DNA of 63,832 bases, counting the filler, from Reclinomonas americana ATCC 50394 (lineage: Eukaryota), in the NCBI GenBank assembly GCA_048213135.1. It is 9 parts of 3 records of this genome, joined end to end, with 100 filler letters (N's around TTAATTAATTAA, not from the genome) between each part and the next. Parts side by side here need not be neighbours in the genome. Positions count along the whole stretch, not along the records: positions 51,806 to 56,520 come from PS015037.1; positions 56,621 to 59,223 come from PS015038.1; positions 59,324 to 63,832 come from PS015038.1; 6 more parts are not named here. One strand, given 5' to 3'. Numbering within the stretch: position 1 is the stretch's first letter; the number at the start of each line of letters is the position of its first letter. Below are positions 52,208 to 63,274 of this stretch, in pieces. The position numbers were made by a program, and so were the translations under genes. Below the pieces are notes generated by a model. That model searched no databases. It saw only the letters and a program-made list of their open reading frames with translations, and was not told the origin of the DNA.

Positions 52208-52453
52208 TCACTTCAGCCTGCTCAGCAGCGTCTCATTAGCTCCAATCCACGCTTCTATTCTGTCCACAGTGTAATCGTCCGCGTCGGTGGAGCTCAGGTA
52301 CTCGTCGATGGCACGCAGCAGGGCGTCGTCTTGGGCGCGCACATCGAGGTTGCAAAGGGTGTTCCAGGCGGCGGCCACATCGTTTCGCGAGATGCGGCCG
52401 GTGCTCTTGTCGGCGGTCACGCGCAGAGCAATGCGCAGTGTGTCGAGGAGGGA
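52208..52453 (-). CDS. Terminal exon of an unknown, possibly degenerate EF-hand protein
   Basis: Exon after a long polypyrimidine tract and CAG: SLLDTLRIALRVTADKSTGRISRNDV...IEAWIGANETLLSRLK-stop. Confidence 0.55.
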   Translation of the reverse strand, partial: SLLDTLRIALRVTADKSTGRISRNDVAAAWNTLCNLDVRAQDDALLRAIDEYLSSTDADDYTVDRIEAWIGANETLLSRLK

Positions 52454-53241
52454 CTGCGCATGCGGGAGAAGGAGTGGGCGAAAGGGGAAGGGAAGGGGAA
52501 GGGAAGGGGAAAGGAAAGGGAAAGGGTACGGAAAGGGAAAGGGTAAGGAAAGGGGAGCGGAAGGAAAGGGAAGGGGAAACGGAAGGGGAAACGGAAGGAA
52601 AGGGGAAGGGGAAAGGGAAGTGGGAGGGAAGGAGACAAGGAGTGAGTGAAACGGCAAGGGAAAGGAAAGGAGAATGGGAAGCGGAAAGGGAAGGGGGAAG
52701 GAAAGGGGAGCGGAAGGAAAGGGGGAAGAGGAAAGAGGAATGGGAAAGGGANNNNNNNNNNNNNNNNNNNNNNNNNNNNNNNNNNNNNNNNNNNNNNNNN
52801 NNNNNNNNNNNNNNNNNNNNNNNNNNNNNNNNNNNNNNNNNNNNNNNNNNNNNNNNNNNNNNNNNNNNNNNNNNNNNNNNNNNNNNNNNNNNNNNNNNNN
52901 NNNNNNNNNNNNNNNNNNNNNNNNNNNNNNNNNNNNNNNNNNNNNNNNNNNNNNNNNNNNNNNNNNNNNNNNNNNNNNNNNNNNNNNNNNNNNNNNNNNN
53001 NNNNNNNNNNNNNNNNNNNNNNNNNNNNNNNNNNNNNNNNNNNNNNNNNNNNNNNNNNNNNNNNNNNNNNNNNNNNNNNNNNNNNNNNNNNNNNNNNNNN
53101 NNNNNNNNNNNNNNNNNNNNNNNNNNNNNNNNNNNNNNNNNNNNNNNNNNNNNNNNNNNNNNNNNNNNNNNNNNNNNNNNNNNNNNNNNNNNNNNNNNNN
53201 NNNNNNNNNNNNNNTCTCGTCACACACTCTCTCTACTACTA

Positions 53242-53286
<45 letters not shown>

Positions 53287-53708
53287 CGTTCGCGCGCGCG
53301 CGCTCTCTCTCTCTCTCTCTCACACTCGCTCTGTCTCAGGCTGGAGTTGTGACCGTCGCACAATTGAATCGCTGCCGTGTCAGGTGCGAGAAGGGGATGA
53401 TGGGCGATGCACGGTGCCGAGCATTGCATGCATGATTGACAGATGATCGAATGATCTGCGACCATCATGCATCGATATCATCGGTGACGAGTCGGAGTCG
53501 GAGAAGCTCAAGCCGGGCCAGCGTGCGCTGATCAAGACCATTACGAGTGACGGTGTGCGATCTCTGGGAAACAGGAGAGCATATGCACGAAGTCGAGGAC
53601 TCTTTGTTTGTGTCCTCTCTGTTTGCGTGGCTGTTGGCCTCTGTTAACTTCCTCTCTTCGGAGACCAAGCCACGCGGTCTTTCCACAACGGTGTTCTTCT
53701 GTGGTGCA

Positions 53709-55370
53709 GTATCCCTGTGCGAGGAGTTCGTTGCGCAGCATGGGAGCGTTGTGTTCATCACCTCGCCGTCCACTGGGAGAGACCGCTGTCACCGTGAAGA
53801 GCTTTGAAGAGCTCAAGACGGCACTTGACAGCCGCCATGTTGCGAGGATCAAGCTCTCTGAGCTTGAGAGCGAACACGTGTGTGGGTGGTGGCCATGACC
53901 ACGCACCTTACACAACACACTCATCTCTCTCCTCTCTCTCTTCTCTCCTTCAGTTCGACGAGTCGTTGTACCTCTTTCGTGGAGGATTTGAACTGTGCGC
54001 ACGTGTGCGGTTCGCGCCGCTTGGCGTCGTCACTGACGTGCGAATGAATGGCGAGATGGAGTATTCCCGCAGCCACAACGTGTACAGAGGCCTCGGGGAC
54101 TTCGAAGTGGGAGCGCCATCTGCCTGTGTGGTGACTGGCTCTGGATGCGTCACTGTTGGGATGCACGAGATTATCATTCGTCTTTATGACGGACCCGCAG
54201 CCATCCGACACTCGGTGCTATTCAGTGATCTGCAGATGTTGCGCGCCGAGTGTTTTCCCACCCACCTTGTGCTGGTTTGCCTGACCCTTGATGGATGAAC
54301 AGGTTTCATGACAACGGAAGCGTCCCCCTCAGGCAGCGTAGGCGCGACCTTGTTGCCGGTGGCGCGTCCGTGGCCGTCGCTTCTGGGTGTGTTGCTCTCA
54401 CTGTGTTTCGCTTGCGTAGCGCTGAGCTCATTGCCGCCGTCGTTGTCTTTCAGTGCGTCTCTTGGGCCCCCGGGGGTCGTGTATGATCCGTTTGCAAGCA
54501 TGGTATTGTACATGAGCGTCTTGCGGCCTTGGAGGGTGACAGAGACTCATTGTGTTACATGCAGCGATTCCCAGAAACGTGGGACGAGTGGCCTGGAGTT
54601 GGCGAGGAGATGGGGAAGCAATGTTACCGTGGATACGGGCACTCCCCAACTGCTGCCTCCTGCTCACTGAAGATGCCCCTTGTTTCAACTGCAGTGCAAG
54701 CTATCGGCATGATGTACTGCAGGCCACCTCCTGCGACGCCAGAAGAGGTGATGCCATTGAGATTCAGCAGTTGCGTACACGTGTTGACAGTGCATTGCGG
54801 CCGTGCGCTCATCGCACTCCCATCAGGCATCTTTGACGGAGATGGTCCAGATGAGTCTGACGGCGGAGAAGACTCAAGAGAGAAATCCGAAGACGGTGTG
54901 CGCGAGAACAACATCGATCGAATTGTGGCATTTCTCCGACGCGAGAAAGTCACGCACTGGAGCATGCTGGCCAGTCAGCTTCTGTCGTGGAAGATGAAGA
55001 CTCAGGCGTCGGCGTTTCTTCATCCGTGGTGACACTCAACAGCTGTTGTCTTGTGATTATACAGTGAAGCCCACAGGGGTTTCTTCGTGCATGTGTCAAA
55101 GCCTGTCAAGGGGACAAACCACTAAGTGGCATGCTCCCAGGTCGCTGGCAACAAGTAAGGAGAGGGCGGAAAAAGGAGAAAAATGTCGCGAGGAGAGAGC
55201 GAGATCAGGAAGAGTGAGGAGAGCGCTGCAGAGCAGGGTCAACGGTTGAAGCGCTGCAACAGCACTGCCAACAAACCTAGCAAGACAACAGTACTGCACT
55301 GCTGCTGGAGAAGTTTCAGCAAGGCAATGCTTGACACGCAACGAGAAGACACGAGAACTTCGCATGAATG
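53709..55370 (+). CDS. Possible multi-exon hypothetical gene, perhaps degenerate
   Basis: Exon-like blocks (TVKSFEELKTALDSRHVARIKLSELESEH|FDESLYLFRGGFEL...; DGDGPDESDGGEDSREK...) with some splice signals. A clean full model could not be built. Confidence 0.3.
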
Positions 55371-56284
55371 AAAGTGGTTGCGGCCAGCAACCCGCTGCTG
55401 AGCGACCTCCAAGATAAAAAACTGTGTGCCAGCGCAACAATATCATGCTGCATTGCTGCTGCTGAGCAAGCGGCAGCTCGAGCTTTCGGAGAAGTGCCCA
55501 CTCGAGACCAACAACTCGCTGTCAAACAAGCACACGATGGAAACGCTGCTGAAGGAGTGTCGCCAAGGCACCGCTTGACAGGCAAAGCAATCACCACGTC
55601 TCTGTCTCCCCCTCTCGAACCAACACCACCGCCTCTCTGTACATTACAAATCCCCAAACCCCAATGCACCAAAAGGATCCTCCAAGTCACCGCCTAATGC
55701 CGGCACCTGCTGCTGCTGCTGTTGCTGCTGCTGCAGCGGGTAATATGCGGCAAGTGGTGCGCCTGCTGCCTCATGCTCTGCTTGATACGCGTCATCGTTG
55801 TCACCAGCGGTGGGCATTTGTCGCCACCCGCCAGTCAAGAGATCCCACAGGTTGGTCATTGGGTGAGACAAAGGCGAAGGATGTAGGGAGTGTGTGTATG
55901 AGACAAAGGAGACTTGCGAGAGAGAAGACCAGTGCGAGTGCGTTCTCGCACAATTCGAACAAATGCAATGCGACATCGACGGACAGGAAGCCGCCACAGG
56001 ACGACGCCTCTAGACTCTCTCTCCGTCGCACACACACACACAGACACTGACACTGAGAAAGACAGGTGCTGCCCTCTGTCTCACCGCCAGACGCTTGATC
56101 CTCCCGAGGTTTGTCCTGCGACTCATTTCCGACGTCGCCCTTCGTTCGAGAGCGCAGTTAAGTCCGTCTCTCTGTCTTCTCTCTCTCTCTCCCTCTCTCT
56201 GCCTCTCACTCCCTCTACCTCTCTTCCTGTCTCTCTCTCTCTCTCTTTCTCTTTGCTCTCTCCCTGTCTCTCTCTCCCTTTTCC

Positions 56285-56397
56285 CTCTCTCTCCCTGTTC
56301 TCTCTCTCCCTGTTCTCTCTCTCCCTGTTCTCTCTCTCCCTGTTCTCTCTCTCCCTGTTCTCTCTCTCCCTGTTCTCTCTCTCCCTGTTCTCTCTCT

Positions 56398-56440
<43 letters not shown>
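56285..56440 (+). repeat. Tandem 15-mer (CTCTCTCTCCCTGTT) about x8, followed by (CT)n
   Basis: Directly visible. Confidence 0.9.
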
Positions 56441-56445
<5 letters not shown>

Positions 56446-56520
56446 GTCGTACGTCCGTCCGTACCGTCGTACGTACGTACGTACGTACGTACGTACGTAC
56501 GTACGTACGTACGTACGTAC

Positions 56521-56620
56521 NNNNNNNNNNNNNNNNNNNNNNNNNNNNNNNNNNNNNNNNNNNNTTAATTAATTAANNNNNNNNNNNNNNNNNNNNNNNN
56601 NNNNNNNNNNNNNNNNNNNN
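56521..56620. other. Artificial scaffold-joining linker
   Basis: N-run-TTAATTAATTAA-N-run, 100 nt. Confidence 0.97.
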
Positions 56621-56747
56621 TCTCTCCCACCTCATCCTTCCTCCCTCTCTCTCACCCTCTTATCGCCCTCCACCCTTCCCTTCACCTCCTCTCTCTCTTC
56701 CCCCTCTCTCCCCCCCCCTCTTCTCCCTCTCATCCCCTTCCGCGCAC

Positions 56748-57610
56748 CTTGACCAATACCACTGCCAATGTTATCGAGCGTGTGGCCCGGGAAGCCACCC
56801 CACGACAACGAGCCGAGTCCAAAGATCACACCGGCGAACGCGTTGTACGCAATACCACCGTATCTGAGATCGCGATTCGCCGCGTCAAAGACGTCCTTGT
56901 GGGCGCTGTGCGTGCGCGGATCGACAATGATGACGCAGGCCAGCGTGCCGTCCACCTTGGTGTTCACAAAATCGACGGCGGCAGGCATGAACTGCGCCGC
57001 GTCACCGTGTCCCACGAGAGTGGTGATGGCCAGCACCGGGCAGAAGGCCTCGCGGCAGAGCGCGTGCTCGCCCTCCTCCGTCGGCACGTCGTCGATCCTG
57101 TGGTGTGACGACGGGTGTCAGGCAAAAAATGACGAGCCACGAAATGGTGGAGGTGGGAGCAGACGCAACAGCAGCCACGGCAGGTGATTCTCCGGGTTGG
57201 TGCCAGGGAGAGGCTCTGCGCGCAAACTCTGCGTGAGACAAAGAAAAAATGACTCGCATGACACACATGCAATTAACCCGTGTCGATGGCGGTCGAGCCC
57301 GGATACTTGCCGCGGAATGCCTCCCATCGCTGCTTGGCTCCCGGGTAGTAGCTATCAATCAAAGTTAGCTATCATGCGTGCGTGCATTCAGGTGTGGAAA
57401 GGCAGGTACGCAACGCTGGGCGAGTGCGCGTGGCGGCAAACACCTTGCGCACTTCGTCAACGAATTGCTCGCGCTGCGGCCAGTCGCGGTCCAGCACCAG
57501 CACCTTGCCGGCAATGCAGCTGCGCGTTGCAAGAGACGTGAGGAATTGAAGGCAATCAAAGAGGTGAGCATTGAGGACGCAACTTGAACGACAGGTTGTT
57601 CGTCACCATA
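56748..57610 (-). CDS. NAD-dependent aldehyde dehydrogenase (bacterial-type subfamily), internal fragment of 5 exons
   Basis: MVTNNLSFN|CIAGKVLVLDRDWPQREQF...RPA|YYPGAKQRWEAF...|...HLPWLL|IDDV...EAFCPVL...GTLACVIIVDP...LRYGGIAYNAF...WGGFPGHTLDNIGSGIG; includes the catalytic Cys (FNC). Confidence 0.88.
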
Positions 57611-57724
57611 CTGCACACCAGCGAAAATGAAATGCAAATGAGTGACGATCCGACAGTGGCTTAATGATCACCTCCATTCTCTCTCGCGTGAAGGAGGAGG
57701 AAGAGGAAGAGACGAAGAGTGAGG

Positions 57725-58201
57725 GTGGTTGATTGCTCAAACCCTTTTCTCTGCGCAGCTAACAGTTGAGGAGGAGGCACGCACAATGAAGAGAAAGTGA
57801 AAGAGAGGCAGTGGCTGATTGCTCAATCCTTCCATCTCTCACTCTGCGTAGGCAACGCTTCACTCGTGTGTGGAGGCGGGGGAAGAGAAAAAGAAGACGG
57901 GCATACGGTGAATGCGAGTGCTGGTTGCTTTCCTCATTCTCTCCTTCTAACACTGTCTGCTGCGTGCAAGAGAAGGAGGGAGGAAGAAACACACACACCA
58001 GAGAAGCGGCTGATTGCTCAATCTGTCAGTGCAGCAAACACATGTCTGTTGCGTGAAAGAGCAGAAAGAGAAAGAGGAAGAGACGTGCACACGGTGAATG
58101 CGAGTGCTGCTTTCTCCCATCCTTCCCCTTATACCCTTCCCGACACTGTCTCCTGCGTATTGACACAGAAAAGTGGCTGATTGCTCAATCTCCTCCATCT
58201 C

Positions 58202-58234
<33 letters not shown>

Positions 58235-58960
58235 ACTACCGTACCGTACCTACCGTACCGTACCGTACCGGTACCGGTACGGTACGTAACGGTAACGGTA
58301 ACGGTAACGGAACGGACGAACGAACGANNNNNNNNNNNNNNNNNNNNNNNNNNNNNNNNNNNNNNNNNNNNNNNNNNNNNNNNNNNNNNNNNNNNNNNNN
58401 NNNNNNNNNNNNNNNNNNNNNNNNNNNNNNNNNNNNNNNNNNNNNNNNNNNNNNNNNNNNNNNNNNNNNNNNNNNNNNNNNNNNNNNNNNNNNNNNNNNN
58501 NNNNNNNNNNNNNNNNNNNNNNNNNNNNNNNNNNNNNNNNNNNNNNNNNNNNNNNNNNNNNAAAAGTAGGCTGATTGCTCAATACTCCTCCATCTCTCTC
58601 TCTCTCCCTCTCTCTCTCTCTCTGCGCAAGAAATACCCCTCCCTCGCGTGGAGGAGGGGTAGACAATGAAGAAACGAGCGCACAGAGAAGTGACTGATGA
58701 ATGCTCCCCTCATTCTCTCTTTCGAACACTGTCTGCAGCGTGCAGGAGACGGAGGGAGGAAAAGACACGCACACCAGAGAAGCGGCTGATTGCTCAAACA
58801 TGTCTGTTGCGAGGATGAGCAGAAAGAGAAAGAGGAAGAGACGTGCACACGGTGAATGCGAGTGCTTCTTTCTCCCATCCTTCCCCTTATTCCCTTCCCA
58901 GCACTGCCTCCTGCGTGTTGACACAGAGAAGCGGCTGATTGCTCAACCCCCTTTCTCTGT
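57725..58960 (+). repeat. Complex dispersed/tandem repeat with core GCTGATTGCTCAA
   Basis: Core recurs about 7 times; a ~250-bp block (57940-58195) is duplicated at ~58715-58950. Confidence 0.85.
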
Positions 58961-59223
58961 GCAGCAAACACTTCTATGCTGCGTTAAGATAAAGGATGAT
59001 TATGAAAGATGCACACACCACGAGGAGACTGCATGCGAAGGTGGCTGAATGTTCACCCCCAATAATACTAGAAACTTCACTGATCCATACACAACAATGA
59101 GCATCTACCAGTGATCGCCAACAAGTCTCGTGTGCTTTCCTTTCTCTCTCGCGCGCTTGCTCTCCCTCTCCCTCTCCCTTCTCCTTTTCCTCTCCCCCTC
59201 CCCCCTCCCCCTTCCCCCTCCCC

Positions 59224-59323
59224 NNNNNNNNNNNNNNNNNNNNNNNNNNNNNNNNNNNNNNNNNNNNTTAATTAATTAANNNNNNNNNNNNNNNNNNNNN
59301 NNNNNNNNNNNNNNNNNNNNNNN
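59224..59323. other. Artificial scaffold-joining linker
   Basis: N44-TTAATTAATTAA-N44. Confidence 0.97.
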
Positions 59324-59387
59324 TGTGTGTGTGCATATGTGCGCGAGAGAGACGCGACTCACGTCCACTTGCGACTGGGACACACAG

Positions 59388-60861
59388 TTGTTGCCGACCT
59401 TTGTGGAGACCAAGGCCTCGCAGAGCATCACCACACGCTTTGCGCATCCCTCGAAGAACAAGGAGCGATGCGCCAACAATGTGATTGTGTGGACTCCAGA
59501 GGGGCGTCGTTTGATTGCCGGCAACGCCAAGGGCGAGTTCACCCTGTGGAATGGCTCTGCGTTCAACTTTGAGACCATTCAGCATGCACACAACATGCCC
59601 GTGAAGGCCATGGAGTGGAGCCACAACGAGGTGTGGATGATCTCGGGTGACAACGCCGGCGAAATCAAGTACTGGCAGACCAGCATGAACAATGTCAAGG
59701 AGCTGCCGGAGGCGCACACGCAGCCGGTGCAGTCGTTGAGGTTCGTGTATATGCATGACTGGTGTGCGTACGAATGTTGCTGAGAGCGAGGGTGTGGGGC
59801 CACCAGCTTCTCGCCCACCGACATCAAGTTCGCGTCGGGGTCGTCGGATAGCGTGGTGAAGATTTGGGACTTTGAAACGTGCACTGCCGAGTGTGAACTG
59901 CGTGAGCATCGTGCCGATGTGCGGTGTGTGGCCTGGCACCATCGCAACTCGATCATTGCCAGTGGCGGCAAGGACCACGTGGTGAAGCTGTGGGATGCGC
60001 GAGCGGCGCAGTCCATCAACGACCTGTTGCGTCAGTGCTTCTCGCTTGTTGCGAATCACGTGGCTGATGATGCGTTGTGGTCGCAGTACTGTGCACAAAG
60101 ATTCGGTGTTTGATGTCAAGTGGAATCTCAATGGGGTGTGGCTGGCCACGGCGTCGCGCGACGGCACCGTCAAGATCGTCGACATGCGCAATCTGAAGGT
60201 GCTGAGCATCCACCGTCGCTCCAACAATCCCGGAAACGATCCGCACGTCAATTGTTGCGTGCTCTGTGGAAGGGATTTGCGTGTATCGTGTGCTTTCAGA
60301 GTCCATTAACAGTGCGTGAGTGCAGCCGTCTCGTGGCATCCCTTCCACGAGGATCTGTTTGCCAGTGGGGCGCATGACGGATCCGTCATGTTCTGGTTCG
60401 CCGGCTTGGAGGAACCGCAAGCGGCCATCTACAGGGCGCACGAAGACGCTGTGTGGGATGTGGCGTGGCATCCAATGGGACACATCTTGGGCTCCGGCAG
60501 CAAGGACAACTGGATCAAGTTCTGGGTGCGCAACCGGCCCGGCGACGACATGATGGACCGGTACAGCCGACTGGAGGTGCCCAAGAGCATTTTTGCGCCC
60601 GAGNNNNNNNNNNNNNNNNNNNNNNNNNNNNNNNNNNNNNNNNNNNNNNNNNNNNNNNNNNNNNNNNNNNNNNNNNNNNNNNNNNNNNNNNNNNNNNNNN
60701 NNNNNNNNNNNNNNNNNNNNNNNNNNNNNNNNNNNNNNNNNNNNNNNNNNNNNNNNNNNNNNNNNNNNNNNNNNNNNNNNNNNNNNNNNNNNNNNNNNNN
60801 NNNNNNNNNNNNNNNNNNNNNNNNNNNNNNNNNNNNNNNNNNNNNNNNNNNNNNNNNNNTA

Positions 60862-60894
<33 letters not shown>

Positions 60895-60902
60895 TGTTGT
60901 TG

Positions 60903-60957
<55 letters not shown>

Positions 60958-61799
60958 TGCACTTTTCGTTTCTCACCTTGCATCCTAGTCTCCAACTCGG
61001 CCGTGGCCCACATGCCGGCGATCCCTGGTCTCGGTTGGGGCGGCCGTGCCAACGACTTTTACGACTCGTCGTCGTCATCGTCGTTTGGCGCTGGCGCCGG
61101 CGTCAGCGGTGGCGCGCCTCCGCCCCCCGCGCCGTCCAACGGCTACCCACCACGCTCCTACCAGGGACCGGGAGGTGGTCGTGGAGGACCGCCGGCACCA
61201 CCAAATCACTACGGAGCCTCACGCGGGGCGCACATCAAGGAGGAGGGTGGTCACATGCCGCCAGGAGGTCCGCCAGGTGTGCCCTACGGTCGGCCGCCCA
61301 TGCCACCGCACGGTGACGGACGAGGTGCGATTTTTGTGCGAGTGTTAGTTTTTTCTTGTTCTCACTCCCTGCTATTCAGGCGGTCATCCGCCACCACCGC
61401 CGCCGCCACCACCTCCGCCGCACTACAACATGGGTCAGTACATGCAACAACAGCCGCCTCCTCGACAGGGACCGCCACCACCGAATTACATGCACGGAGC
61501 GCCTCCACCACCGCCACCACCACCACCGCCGCAACATGGTGGCGGGTGGGGTGGTCCGCCAAACAGCATGATGCAAGGACCACCGCCACTGCCTCCACCA
61601 CCACCACCATATGGCCATGGTCTTCCGCCACCGCCGCAGCCACCACCATATGGGTGAGTCGGGTGTCTGTTTCAGATGTTCATCTCCCGACTATCTCACT
61701 CTCCTTCTCGTCGACAGTGGCCATCGACCGCCGATGCCCATGCCGCCACCGCCGCCGTCACAACATCACATGAGCTCGGATCATCCACCTGGTGTTTAG
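59388..61799 (+). CDS. WDR33: Pre-mRNA 3'-end processing factor WDR33/Pfs2/FY; 5'-partial
   Basis: WTPEGRRLI...[20 protein letters not shown]...WSHN...[11 protein letters not shown]...SFSPTD...[14 protein letters not shown]...[10 protein letters not shown], followed by a Pro/Gly-rich C-terminus. Confidence 0.96.
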
Positions 61800-61912
61800 C
61801 GCTGAGCAGAAAGAATGAAAAAGAAAAAAACAATGTCGAATCGTTTATCATTCATCGTCGACAGTGCGCGACTCCCTGAGCAGCGTGGCCAGCAAACCGA
61901 GTGCCATCATCG

Positions 61913-63139
61913 CTACACTGCTCCGGTGATGCGACTGCGATCCATCTGCGCCCGGTAGCCCTTGACCGACTTGGCCACCGAGCGACCGGCGCCGCACGAA
62001 CGGCAGTCCACTCGATGCAACCGAGTCGCTGCGTCCTTGCCGATCACCGTCAGCAGGGACTGACACGTGCTGCATCGCACGTACTCCTCGATGTATCGGC
62101 GAAGAAGCTCCGCCATGTCCTTCGCCTGTGCGCGGGGGACGCGGAGAATGAGTGACACCAGTTCGATATTCACATGCAGTTCTGCCAAACAATACCTTGT
62201 AGTGACCGCGCAGGAGCAGACCGCCGCGCATGTCCACACTGCCCGTCGTCGCCAGCTCGAAGAGAATAAACTGCAGCAGGTGCTGCTGCCGATCCAGCGG
62301 CGTGGACGTCGACGTGACGGTCGTTGTCGTCGTACCGGTCGTCGTCCGAGCCTCCAACCTGTTCGATATATGTGCATCAGCATCAGCAATCATGACTTCT
62401 CTCTCTCTTTCTCTCGACCGAGCAGCACGCAACGCCTCGCAGAACAGGTGAAAGTTGACAAAGCAGCAACGCCGACCGCCCACTCGCTCCATCACTGGAG
62501 CCGTGCGACTCGGCGTCGTTGTCGTCGATCGCGACGAAATCGAGCAGTTGTCTGCATCGTCGAGAGACGCAGCCGCCACGGGCAGCGCCCTGCGCGGCAC
62601 GTGATGTGCCGCAGACGTCCTCGCCGCCATGGCCACCATGAGACGGCTCACCAGAGCGCTGTACGAGTACAGGCCCGACATCACGTCCTCTTCGGCATCC
62701 TCGTCGTCCACAGCAGTCGTCGCATCGTCTCCTCCTGTCGCATTCATCGCCTTCTTGCCTTCTCCACCACCACCGCCTGCGCCCTGCTTCTTGTCTTCGA
62801 CCTCCTCTGCGCCCTTGTCGGCCTTCTTGCTCGTTGCGGTGCTGCGCTTCTTCTTCTTCTTCTTCCCGTCGAGAGCCAAAACTGGCACCTCGACATCGAC
62901 TGCCTCCGGCGACTGCTTTGCCGGCTGAAGAATGCCCGGTCCACGCTTCTCACCACCGCCCTCACCACCGCTCTCCGAGTCACCGACGGATGACATGTTG
63001 TCTCCGCAAGCAGCATCCTGTCGGAAAAAGAGTGGGAGGTGTGGGAGGTTGTCAGTGAGCAAGATTTCGGAAATTAGAAGAGAAAGACAACAACAATGCT
63101 CACCGCTGCGGCACATGCTGCAGCTGATCTGCAGTTCAT
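61913..63139 (-). CDS. EIF2S2: Translation initiation factor eIF2 beta-like protein (divergent); the start could instead be the ATG at 62996
   Basis: Poly-K box (GKKKKKKR), YSYSALVSR, PVMERVGGRRCCFVNF, HLLQFILFELATTGSVD, LRRYIEEYVRCSTCQS...CRSCGAGRSV...GYRA zinc ribbon. Confidence 0.85.
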
Positions 63140-63274
63140 AGTGTTGTGTGCTTGTCTGTTCATGGTTGTTGTCGTTGTTGTTGTTGTGCTCGTTAAGTTG
63201 CTCTCTTCTCTCTCTCTCAATGATGCAAAAATGACAAAATACACTTGGCGATCGGACAGACAGGATCTAATCGA

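Noticed and set aside
55644-55859. Short minus-strand ORF MTNLWDLLTGGW...poly-Q
   Set aside because: No recognisable domain and no supportable exon chain.
56441-56520. (GTAC)n and TACCG/GTAACG runs at contig ends (also 51563-51705 and 58233-58327), superficially telomere-like
   Set aside because: They follow long microsatellites and cycle through T-A-C-G, the signature of 454 flow-order read decay; most likely artefacts.
57725-58960. Recurring GCTGATTGCTCAA core resembling a CRISPR repeat
   Set aside because: Irregular spacing, the intervening sequences are themselves duplicated, no cas genes, and the context is eukaryotic.
60026-60325. Non-canonical TT-starting introns (G|TTGCGT) as the explanation of the odd donors
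   Set aside because: Ambiguous in WDR33, but it would need non-AG acceptors and would destroy conserved residues at the PHD (W) and ALDH (N) junctions.
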